Below, piece by piece: positions 23,486-33,911 of a DNA stretch of 64,000 bases; the first letter of the stretch is position 1; each line of letters starts with the position of its first letter. Location of the stretch: positions 1,220,952 to 1,284,951 of the forward strand of contig NW_003314307.1 in assembly GCF_000143415.4 (NCBI RefSeq). Direction: 5' to 3'. The translations under genes and the position numbers were made by a program. The notes below the pieces were generated by a model, which worked only from the letters and a program-made list of their open reading frames with translations, made no database searches and was not told the DNA's origin. Source of the stretch: Selaginella moellendorffii. Taxonomy: Eukaryota > Plantae > Lycopodiophyta.

Positions 23486-26400
23486 CTAAGCTCGGAGGGT
23501 CCCCACATCCACCAAGCGAACGTCCACCACTTGAGCCGAAGGCAATGTGATCACTCGGAGCATGTAGCAAGGGGGATCAAGCTCTCCTCTTCGAAAAAGG
23601 TACAGCCTGCTCCGCTGTCCGAATTCATCTGTTGTGACCACAGTCTCGTGCAAGTAGTTCATCTCAGCATTAGTAGTCCTCAGCCAGTCTGATCCAAGGA
23701 CAACAGCAATGTCTCCTGGTCGCTTAATCACCAACAGGTTCACGATGAAGCGTTGGTTGCCGAGGAAGAGAAAAACATCCTCCACCTTGCCGTAAATGGG
23801 AAAAACGTCCCCATCAGCACATACGGCCACTTGGTCCTGCTCAGTGATGGTGATCCGCAGCCGAGCTGCTACAGCAAAGTCAATGGTGATGAAGCTCTGC
23901 AGCGCTCCAGGATCCACCAACGTCAAACAATCGAGGCCCTTCACGTACCCCATGGTAAACAGTGAAGCATCCAGCGCAGGATCTCCCCGAACGTTAGGAG
24001 GAAAAGGAAGTATCTCCGCTTGGATCATAAGGAAAGGAACCTGGGAAGAAGCTCCCAGCCGCTGAAGAAGATCTTGACTGCTCACCGTTGAGTGGTGATC
24101 GGGTATGACCAGCTGCAGCTCTTCATCAGCTCCATTCTCAGAAACGTTCTCCTCAGCCACGAGCTGCTGGAGCTCCACACCGGGCATCTCCTCTTCCGAC
24201 ACCTCCTCTTGAAACACATCCTCCTCAGTGGATTCAGATGTAGTATCGGAGTCTCCATCTTCTGGTTCCACAGCTACTGGTTTTTCCCGCTTATATCCCG
24301 GCCTGACATGCACTTGGATTGGAATTCGGAAGTTCCCATCCCCGATGGTCAGCACCCCCGTTCCCCAGTTATGCTCAGCTGATGCTTGAAGCAGCCAGGG
24401 CCGGCCCAGCAACAACGGGTAGTTGAGACCTGCTCCCTCCTTCATTTTGAGGACCACGAAATCAATGAAGAAGTTTACTCCTGCGATCCAGGTTTTCACA
24501 CCCGAAACAAGTCCCACGGGCTGAACTCTCCGTTGATCGGCCATCCGGACAGCAAAATGAACTGGCACAGGCGTGGGAAGCTCAAACCTTCTCCACGTTT
24601 CCAGCGGCATGATGTTTACACCGCTTCCTCCATCGAGCGTGCAACCACGTATGAGTTCCCCCTGAATCTCCACATCCACGCAGGGAGAACTCATATCCGC
24701 TATGACAGGCCAGGCAGAGTTCACCACCGCCTCTTTGTGTGCCTGCATGGCTGTGGAAATAGCCTTCCTCAAACCCGGTGCCAAAGCTAGAAGCTGAGCA
24801 AAACTGATACTCGGCTTCTGATTCTTTAAATCAGCGAGAACGTCGTACGGTGGGGGCTGCAAGTTCGGCACACGCTTGTATCTGCGCCCCTTCTTCCTTG
24901 ATAGCCCGGCCTCGGGATCTCTCACGCCTTCCTCAGCACTTGCCTTGCCACACTCCATCCTTCGCTCACCACTCGCTTGCTGCAGATGCCCTGTTTGTGA
25001 GCCGATGGCACTCTTTAGCGCCGTTCCACCAAGTGCCGTGGCGCTTCCTTCCAGGGGCTTGGCGGATGAACCCGCATCCGCTGCCGCCTTTACCTCCGCG
25101 CCCCTTCGCTGCTCGGCCACCACATCCCTAATTCCAAAATTAGGGTTCCTGAGTAATTCTGAATTCTTCGCGTGTGCTGGCGGCGTTGATTCGAATGCAC
25201 GGTGCAGCGCTGGTTTGTTCTCCATTCCCACTTCCTGCTCCTTGAGGCGCCTCCGGAACCTGCGTACAATCGCCTCTGGATCATCCACGTACTCCCCTGG
25301 AGCACAAGATTGAACGCCTCCTGCATTCTGCTGCTGCTGCACTACTTGTGAGCGTGTGGCCACGTTCAGGCAAGGGCGATCGGCTTCCATCTCCCCAGCT
25401 CCAAGGTGAATTCCTCCCGATTGCTCCATACTTTGTTTTCCCCTTAATTCAAAATTCGATTTTTGAAAATTAGGGCTCCCGCCAATCTGGGCATTCCCTG
25501 TGATGGTTGTAACTCGGCTGCTATCCCCTCGTCGAAGCTGGTGCTGATTCTTTTGCTGCTGCAGCTGCCTGTATTCCTCCTCTGGTTCAACATCAGTGTA
25601 GACATCTGCTGCATATCTTCCCTCAGCTGTTTGTTGTGCGTTGAACACGCTTGGCTGCAGCATTTGCCCAGTGGGATCAATTGCATAAGCTTGGGCATTT
25701 GCTGTGTAGTGCTCATTCCAGCTGATCGGCTGAACGAAAACAGCCTGAGAGTCAACCACGTTCTTGGCCCTGGTTTTCTGAAGCTTGTGAGGGCAGTTTG
25801 CTTGCTCGTGAAGCCCCTGAGTTTGGCAAATGCCACAAATTGGTTGATAACCAATTTGCTTTCGCGGATGCGGGCAATTTGGAGAAATATGGCCCACTTC
25901 TCCACAGTTGTAGCATGTCACAGGACCTCTCCTTGGTGGTGCTCGACCCCTTCCTCCTCCTGTAACCCCCGCAGCATAAACTGGGACCATCTCACCCGTA
26001 TAAACTGGAGCATAAGTAACCGGTGGAGAGTACGGTTGAGGAAGCATGTGGAGTTGTTGCTGCTGAGGCATTCCTCCTGGTGTAGCATGGATGTAAGCTG
26101 CTTGAACCTGATTCCCCGGCTTATAGTGGCAATCTTCTGATCTATGATTCGCTCGCTTGCAATGCTTGCAACGAGGTATAGCATCTTGCGGGCATTCGTT
26201 GGGATAATGCCCGTAACTTCGGCAACGAACACACCAAATGTTGTCCCTGGTCTTCTGCTGTCGTCCGGGGCTTTGGACTCCCTTAATCCAATTGAGCTGG
26301 AGGTCCGACATCTTCTGAGTAAGGGTTTCCACCAAACTTTCTTGTGCTTTCTTCACTTCGGCTTGTACTTCAGCTTTCACATCCGGAACCGGTGATTGTT

Positions 26401-27418
26401 GATAAATGCCATAAGGCATTTGCTGCTGCATCATGGGAGAAGGAACTTGACCAGGTACCGTTGAGTATGCCATCTTTGTATAGTCCATAGTTCCCATTCC
26501 CGCAGGTGCAACTCCTCCGTGGAGTCCACTTGTTGAATACATGGCTGGATTCGTCGTAGCCATGTTGGCCATAGGATTGGCCGATGAACTTCCCGAGCTC
26601 ATCATTTGACGATTCACTCCAAGATGGGCTTGTTCCCAATTCCCAGCAAAAGCTATTGCGGTATTCAAGTCCGCTGGGCTTTGGCACTTCACGTGAATCT
26701 TCAAAGGGAGGGGAAGACCTCCCACAAAGTATCTCACTTGCTCTTCTGCCGTAGGTTGTGGAGTTCTCTTGAGCAAGAGACCTTTGAATCGCAAGGTATA
26801 ACTTTGTAAGCTCTCTCCGGGCAACATTTGGAAATCATAGAGGCTATCCATGATCCATTGATTGAATCCAACAGGTCGAAACGCTGTTAGGAACGCTGCT
26901 CGCAACGCTACCCAATCAGCTCCTGCCGGAATAGTGGTCATCCACTCCGCCGCCACTCCAAGAAGGGTAGCAGGAAATAGCTTCCTCCTTTCCACGGCTC
27001 CAGCTTCATCATTTGCTGTAGTGGTGTTCTCAAATGCCATCACGTGAGCGTCTGGATCTCCAACTCCCGTGAAGGTAGAGTATTTCATCTTTGTTGTCGC
27101 GGTTGCCATTGCTTGTGGTGGTTGTTGTTGTTGTTGCTGACCTTGTCCTTGTGCTTGTGGTGGTGATGGTGGTGGTGTAGGAGGTGATATCACAACCTCC
27201 TCTTGCTCTTCTTCTTCTTCTTCTTGTTCTTCTCTAGATGATCCAACCGGAGATGTCTCTCGGCTTGGTCTTGGGCTTGTCTCCGGAGTGGGTGTAGGGC
27301 CTTGTCTCCTACGATACCTCTCCTCCCGGAATAACCTTTGTGCTTCTCTTCTCTCGGCTTCTTGTTGTCTCTCCTCAAGCAATTTCTGGTACTCGTACTG
27401 CGAACGGCGCATACACAC
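23486..27418 (-). CDS. Gag-protease polyprotein (capsid, four CCHC-type knuckles, two aspartic protease domains)
   Basis: 1310 aa. CVRCRSYGHYPNEC, CKHCKRANHRSEDC, CYNCGEVGHISPNC, CGICQTQGLHEQANC; LDGGS...LLLGRPWL and LVDPGA...VVLGSDWL. Confidence 0.9.
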   Translation of the reverse strand: MCMRRSQYEYQKLLEERQQEAERREAQRLFREERYRRRQGPTPTPETSPRPSRETSPVGSSREEQEEEEEEQEEVVISPPTPPPSPPQAQGQGQQQQQQPPQAMATATTKMKYSTFTGVGDPDAHVMAFENTTTANDEAGAVERRKLFPATLLGVAAEWMTTIPAGADWVALRAAFLTAFRPVGFNQWIMDSLYDFQMLPGESLQSYTLRFKGLLLKRTPQPTAEEQVRYFVGGLPLPLKIHVKCQSPADLNTAIAFAGNWEQAHLGVNRQMMSSGSSSANPMANMATTNPAMYSTSGLHGGVAPAGMGTMDYTKMAYSTVPGQVPSPMMQQQMPYGIYQQSPVPDVKAEVQAEVKKAQESLVETLTQKMSDLQLNWIKGVQSPGRQQKTRDNIWCVRCRSYGHYPNECPQDAIPRCKHCKRANHRSEDCHYKPGNQVQAAYIHATPGGMPQQQQLHMLPQPYSPPVTYAPVYTGEMVPVYAAGVTGGGRGRAPPRRGPVTCYNCGEVGHISPNCPHPRKQIGYQPICGICQTQGLHEQANCPHKLQKTRAKNVVDSQAVFVQPISWNEHYTANAQAYAIDPTGQMLQPSVFNAQQTAEGRYAADVYTDVEPEEEYRQLQQQKNQHQLRRGDSSRVTTITGNAQIGGSPNFQKSNFELRGKQSMEQSGGIHLGAGEMEADRPCLNVATRSQVVQQQQNAGGVQSCAPGEYVDDPEAIVRRFRRRLKEQEVGMENKPALHRAFESTPPAHAKNSELLRNPNFGIRDVVAEQRRGAEVKAAADAGSSAKPLEGSATALGGTALKSAIGSQTGHLQQASGERRMECGKASAEEGVRDPEAGLSRKKGRRYKRVPNLQPPPYDVLADLKNQKPSISFAQLLALAPGLRKAISTAMQAHKEAVVNSAWPVIADMSSPCVDVEIQGELIRGCTLDGGSGVNIMPLETWRRFELPTPVPVHFAVRMADQRRVQPVGLVSGVKTWIAGVNFFIDFVVLKMKEGAGLNYPLLLGRPWLLQASAEHNWGTGVLTIGDGNFRIPIQVHVRPGYKREKPVAVEPEDGDSDTTSESTEEDVFQEEVSEEEMPGVELQQLVAEENVSENGADEELQLVIPDHHSTVSSQDLLQRLGASSQVPFLMIQAEILPFPPNVRGDPALDASLFTMGYVKGLDCLTLVDPGALQSFITIDFAVAARLRITITEQDQVAVCADGDVFPIYGKVEDVFLFLGNQRFIVNLLVIKRPGDIAVVLGSDWLRTTNAEMNYLHETVVTTDEFGQRSRLYLFRRGELDPPCYMLRVITLPSAQVVDVRLVDVGTLRA

Positions 27419-27530
27419 CCCTCCTTTAGTGAAGTCGCCGAGCTGTCTTCGGCTACCGAGCTGTCTTCGGATTCTTCACTCCATCGGCAGAGCAGCAATG
27501 TGCATACCTTCCCGGGCAGTGCACCAGAAA

Positions 27531-27960
27531 TGAAGCTCGAAAGGAAAAACCCCAAGCCCCAACACTACTAGTCTAGAACCCAAGGATCTTTCCACTTGGA
27601 AAGTAGCACACACTGCTTTGCCAAAAGGTAGGATGGTTTGCATTGAATGGATGTGAGTATATAAACACAAGGAAGGGTTGCGACCCTTGAGTCGAGGATC
27701 AGTGATGTGTCCAAAGGAGGCATCCCTTGGAACCTTGTGTCAACAAAGTAAGGGATGTGACTTATGGATCACTGAGGTGGCGGAGACTCAATGACCCTTG
27801 GTGGAGATTGATGAAGTGTCGAAGGGGTGCCACCTAAGGATGGTCTAAACCCAAGGTTTAGCCCTAACCCAAGGATTAGTACTAACCTTAATCCCAAACT
27901 CACCACTTAGGCTCAACCTTAGCCCAAGCTAAGTATTTAGGCCATTTTTGGGGTGCGACA
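27531..27960 (-). repeat. 5' LTR of the young Gypsy
   Basis: Matches 19725-20154; the PBS is adjacent. Confidence 0.95.
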
Positions 27961-28504
27961 CTAAGCCCAAGCTCCACGTTGCTCTAGTGGGTGGGGTACC
28001 CTCCTCCTCGCGTTAGGCCACTGATATGCCAAAATTGTGCCAAACTCCATCTGACACCATTTTGCATGTAGGTGCTGGATACGGGGAGCTGGTGCTTGCG
28101 GGATTGTACCGGACCCTTGTTTCATAGCGCAATAGGCTTGGAGTTCGGCTTCAAATTCAGGTGCGCTACATTTGGTATCAAAGGAATTGTCTCAACAATT
28201 TCTATCCAACTTTTGTCAGGTTTTTTTACTCAAGTTGCATACGCAGAGACTCTTCTAGTAGATCCAAAGCAACCTATGTAAGATTAGTGGGATTGCACCA
28301 TTTAGTAAGAACATTGTATGCATGTTTAGTTACTGATAGAGGCATGTATGCAGCTAGTGGGATGGTGAAAAGGAACCGTATTGATGATGTTGAAACCTCT
28401 AGACGGGTGAATCAAAAGGAAGAAACTCTTGCTAGAGATGTTGTAGAAGAGGCTGAAGCTAAGTCAGAAGAGGAAGAGCCAGATGCTGTGGTGCTACAGC
28501 GTAC

Positions 28505-29547
28505 TATAAGGAACCAACTCGCCAAGGTGTCGTAGGCTGAAGGATCCCCGAAAGCATGACCAAAATGACAAAGAGTTCATCGGATGGGACTGAGTCGAAG
28601 ATCGAGTCCAAGACCGACTCTGAGACCGAGTCCAAGGTCGAGTTCGAAGTCGAGTCCAAGATCGGGTCCGAGATCAGGTCCGAGATTGAGTCCGAGACTG
28701 AGTCCAAAGTCGGGTTTGAGATCGAGTCCGAGATCAAGTCCGAGACCGAGTACTAATACTACGAGTCAAGGGGTGAAAGCCCAAAGCGTGCGTCTCCCGG
28801 GGGGGGGGGGGCGAGGGCTGCAGGGGGTTCCAAAAGTATAATAGGGATAGTGAGGTCCAAGAACCAGTCTTGAAGGAACTTTCCAGTGGTGCTTCCAAAC
28901 TGACTTGAGGTTGAGACTGGGGTTGAGGGGCCTTGGGTGGGAGTGAGCAAGGACTTGGGTGGTGCCGGAGGGGCCACCCCAGGAAGTGCTCAAAAGCAGC
29001 TCCCACTCCTGAAAAGGAAACCGACTGTAGTGCTTCTGGCTCATGTGGAGTGGTGCCCCATTTGAGTACCATGCAGCTCATTGGTCCTCACCCTTCCTAG
29101 GGGCTTGGGCCTTCCTTCGGGATGGAAGTGGGGGGGTAGCCCATACTGGGTCATTAGGCCACGGTGTTTCGCCCCAGTGTCCCGAAGCAAGTGTTGCACC
29201 CAAGATTTGAAATTTAGAGGGTCCTATGATTAAGTCTTGTGGTACCAAGGTGTGTTAGGAACCTGGAGGTTTGGTGTGCTTGGCTGCTTGTGCCTGCAAG
29301 GAGTGTAGCCGAACCTTAAGTCTAATTTAACCTGGGGAGGGGGATTGGGAGAGATTTGGGAATCCGTGGATGGATAGCTAACGCTCCGTTACTCGTGCAG
29401 TGAGTAGCTGAAACCAAGTAGGCCCAAGTAGGAGTTGATACCATAGGCGGGAATCTTGGCGAGGGAACTTAGCAAAAGCCAAGGCAGTGTTGGACAGGTA
29501 GACGAAGTAAGCTAGCAAATTGGAAAGGAAAAAATTTATGGCTTACA
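28505..29547 (+). repeat. 5' LTR of element B, containing a GAGTCC/GAGATC hexamer array (28590-28750)
   Basis: Ends GGCTTACA before the PBS; homologous to 8158-8747, 33584-33911 and 47664-48700. Confidence 0.9.
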
Positions 29548-29606
29548 ATTTGGTATCAGAGCCTTTTCCTCAGTTCTAGCGAAGGATAGAGGCGGATTGT
29601 TGGGAG

Positions 29607-32600
29607 ATGGCAAAGGCAGGGCGGAAGTGAACCAAGGCAAAGACGGAACTTCCTCCAGAGCTGGAGCCTCTGGATGAGGAATCCTTGCATGGGGAGGACT
29701 CCAGTGAGGAGACTTCCAAACAGGAGTTTGGTGGCAAGGTTTGGTCGTCCAAGACTCGATTGGACGTTCTATAAGGACAGTTGGCACAGACCAATGCCTT
29801 GCTGGAGACTCTCATATGCAAGCTAAAGCGTGACAACAAGCGGAAGAAAAAACGAAAAACCGCGGATGTTGGCAGTGCAGAAGGTGCGGACCCTTCGGTA
29901 GGGACTGAGGCAGAACCAAACAAGGTCTAATAGACCAAAGTGGAATCAGTCCCTCAAGTAGTTCCCAAGTACAAACCAAAGCCCCCACTGGTCTTCAAGG
30001 GAGTGAATGACTATAAGGTGGTGGAGGATTGGTTTTACGATATCGAGGACTACTTCCGAGTGTTGCGATTACCAAATTCGGAGAAGGTCCCATGTGCAAA
30101 ACCATACTTGGCAGATAATGCCAAGTCTTGGTGGAGAACGACAGAGACCAACGAAGGACCGGTGGCCACTTGGGACATGATGAAGGCAAGGATCCGCGCA
30201 ACTTACGTTCCTCCGAATGCTACTCTACATCTAAAAGATGAGCTAAGTAGGCTGAAATAGACCGGAACCATTCAGGAGTATGTGAATGGGTTTATAGTAA
30301 AGAGGATACTTGTCACAGACATGGGGGATATGGATGCGTTCCATGCCTTTATATCCGGTTTGCAAACCTGGGCTCGCAATGAGGTGATGTGCTGGAACCT
30401 GACCAACTACAAGGAAGTGTTGGATGCGGCCATCAAGGTGCATTTCAACGATAACCTGCGAAAGGGAAACGCGACGGGGTCGGGGTCCACATTTAGCAAA
30501 GGGGCCAAACCAAGGGGAACGTATAAGAAAGGGAAATTTAAGAAGAGTTTCTCTAAGAATGAGTCCTCGGGGTTCCGGAAAGGCAAATCTAGTGGCCAGC
30601 GAGCGAGTACGTGGGGGAGTCAAGCAAAAAGAGACAAACCCACAGATAAGAAAGTCAAGTCGTTTAGCAACATGGGAAATAACGTATGCTACAACTGCGG
30701 TGAAGTGGGACACTTTTCGAGGGAATGTCCCTACCCGAAGAAGGACAGAGCCAATATGGCCATTAAGTCGGGTGAAGTCTAAACTGAAGTATGTGATCCA
30801 ATCCCTAGCTCAAGGTTACTCATTACACGAGCAACTTTCGCAAAGAGTTGTTCGCGACATCTACTAGCCCTCCGAGGGAAGCTCGGGGGTAGCTTTGTTA
30901 AGATCCTTATTGACACGAGTGCTTCGGATAATTTTGTGGCTACAGATATAGTCCGGCAAGCCAGACTAACAGTGCAGCGGCTGGGCGAACCAAGGACTAT
31001 AGAGTTTGTTCAAGGTAGCGAAAGCACCAATGAGGTACTTTGACAAGCGAGTGTTGAAGTAGAGACTTGGAAAGTAGACATGGATTTCACTGTGTTGGAC
31101 ATGGCGGGATTTGATGTGATCTTTAGGATGGATTGGTTCAATCGATTCATGGTAGCCCTGCATGGATATGGTAGGAACCTTGTGGTACTAGCGAATGCCC
31201 AAGGAAAAAGATCCAAGGTAGAGGCCCAAGATCTAAAGGTAGGGCAATGCAAGGCTAAAGATTTGTGCCTAAACCTGGTGTCCACGAGGGGACAACTTAC
31301 TAAAGGGACTAAGGCTGCATTTTTGTGCTTACTCTCGGTGAAGAGTGACAAAAAGACAGGAACGGAAAAAGTACCTTTAATGATCTAGCGGGTGTTGGAC
31401 CAATTCCAAGATACCATGTCGGAGGAGCTACCGGCAGGGTTGCCCCCCACACGACCGATAGAACATAAGATTGAGCTAGTCGAGGGTGCTGAGGCAGTGG
31501 TTCGCCTTCCCTATCATTTGAACTAAAAAGAACTCCCGAAGCTCAAGCGCCAACTAGAGGAGTTGGTGGACAAAGGGTATGTTAGGTTGAGCAAGTCGCC
31601 GTATGGGGCGCCAGTGCTATTTGTGAAAAAGAAAGATGGATCTATGCCCATGTGCATAGACTACCGGTTGCTCAACAAATATACAAAGAAGAACAAGTAC
31701 CTTTTGCCAAGGATTGTGGACCTGTTCGATAGGTTGGGAAAGGCAAAATACTTCTCGAGGATTGACCTAAGGTCAGGATACTACCAAATCAGGGTAGCAG
31801 AGGAAGATGTCGAGAAGACAACCTATCGAACGAGGTATGGGAGCTTCGAGTTTCTGGTGATGCCCTTTGGGCTATGCAATGCACTGGAAACGTTTTTGGC
31901 ATTGATGAACCATATCTTTGTACCCTATTTGGATCACTTTGTGGTCTTCTATATTGACGACATCCTGATCTATAGCAAAATGCTAGAGGAGCATGCCAAA
32001 CACTTGACGAAGGTGTTTGAAAAACTAAAGGAACACCAGCTGTATGCTAAAGAGAGCAAATGTGACTTTACTCAACAAAAGGTAAAATTTCTCGGGCATG
32101 TGGTGGGCAAGGACGGGCTCAAGGTGGACCCTGAGAAGGTCCAAGCGATCTAGGATTGGGAGCGACTATCGAATGTACATGAGTTAAAGGCATTCTTCGG
32201 GCTATGCAACTACTATTGAAAGTTTATCAAACACTATTTGAGAGTAGCCTTGTCTTTACAGGAAAAGGGAAGATGGTATGAACAGCGGAATGCGAGGCGG
32301 CATTCGTCCACCTCAAGGGGAAGTTGAGGAAGGCTCCCGTGTTAGCGTTACCAGACTTTGGTAAGGACTTTGAGGTAGAAACGGATGCTTCAGACTTTGC
32401 GTTAGGCGCAGTTTTGAAGCAAGACAACCATCTAGTAGCGTTCTTCTCGAAGAAGTTGGATAAGGCTCAACAGAAGTGGCCTGCCCATGAGAAGGCATTG
32501 TTTGTGGTGGTCAAGGCGCTCAAGGAGTGGCAACACTACCTTGGGAGACACTTCAAGGTTTACACGGACAATGTGGCAACGAAACACTTCTTATCACAGC

Positions 32601-33580
32601 CCGACCTGAGGGGAAAACAAGGTTGGTGGGCCAATACTTTGGCCGAGTTTGATTGCGAGATTCTATACAAGCTTGGGAAGAGCAACATTGTGGCAAATAC
32701 GCTAAGTCGAAAAGCGAGCTTGAAGTTAGCAATATCCAACGCGACAACAATCTTTTGGGATGATGTGCGGACCGCATACGAGAACGATGGCCTAGCATAA
32801 GAAGTGTTGCTGAGGAATCTAGAGGCATGGGAAACTCACCAGAGAGGTGAGCTGCCAATGGAAGAGAAAACGCGCTATACGGAATGCAATGGACTCATAT
32901 ATTATAAGCAAACAAGGGTATATGTTCCAGAAGGGGAACTAAGAAAGGTAGCCTTAGAAGAGTGTCATGACGGACCTTTTGTGGGACACGGCGGAGTGCC
33001 CAAAACAATAGGCTTACTCAAAAGAAAGTACCACTGGCCAGATATGGCTAAGGACGTCCAAGATTATATAAAGACATGTCCAACATGTCAGTAGGTCAAA
33101 GCCGTGACTAAGGCTAATGGGGGCTTGTTACAAAACATCCCAATTCCAGATCGTCCGTGGAAATGTCTTACGATAGAATTCATCACGGGACTCCCTCCAA
33201 GCAAAGGGGTTTGATGCGATATTCGTGGTGGTGGATCGATTTTCGAAGATGGCACATTTCATACCCACCACAACGGAAGTGGATGCGGAAGGTGTGGCAA
33301 AGCTGTTCTTCAAACAAGTGGTTCGAGTGCGGGGAAGGCTAGAAGAGATTATCTCAGATCAAGATAAGATCTTCACCAGTAGGTTCTAGAGAACACTCCT
33401 AGAATAGTATCGCACCAAATTGAAATTCAGCACAGCCTATCACCCACAGACAAGTAATGGGTATTAAGTCAAGTTTGATGGCACTAACACTTCTTGAGAG
33501 ATGGACAAATGGAAAGGGTGAATAGGCAGCTGGAGGATTATTTGCAATGCTATGTCTCAGGAGACCAGACTGATTGGGTA
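29607..33580 (+). pseudogene. Element B gag-pol pseudogene
   Basis: [70 protein letters not shown]; many in-frame stops. Confidence 0.9.
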
Positions 33581-33911
33581 AGTGGTCCCATGATCAAGTC
33601 TTGTGGTACCAAGGGGTGTTAGGAACTTGGAGGTTTGGTGTGTTTGGTTACTTGTGCCTGCAGGGAGTGTAGCTGAACCTTAAGTCTAGTTTAACCCGGG
33701 GAGGGGGATTGAGAAAGATTTGGGAATCCGTGGATGGATGGCTAACGCTCTATTGCTCGTGCAGTGAGCAGCTGAAACCAAGTAAGCCCAAGTAGGAGCT
33801 AGTACCATAGGCAGGAACCTTGGCGAGGGAACTTAGCAAAAGCCAAGGTAGTGTTGGGCGGGTAGATGAGATAAGCTGGCAAATTGGAAAGGAAAAAATT
33901 TATGGCTTACA

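Larger units (their letters stand above)
19725..27960 (-). mobile_element. Young full-length non-chromoviral Ty3/Gypsy (OTA clade, Athila/Phygy/Selgy-like)
   Basis: 430-bp LTRs (19725-20154, 27531-27960), TG..CA, apparently identical. TSD CTAAG on both sides. PBS TGGTGCACTGCCCGGGA (tRNA-Gly-like) at ~27510-27526; PPT GGAGGGGGGGGTGA at 20155-20167. Confidence 0.95.
28505..33911 (+). mobile_element. Element B: decayed Ty3/Gypsy inserted in the gag of element A
   Basis: 5' LTR 28505-29547, PBS TGGTATCAGAGC (tRNA-iMet) at 29551, gag-PR-RT-RH-INT with many stops, truncated 3' LTR ~33584-33911. TSD CGTAC/CGTAT. The host gag rejoins in frame (VLQR|IAQEVEIKNLRREI). Confidence 0.9.
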
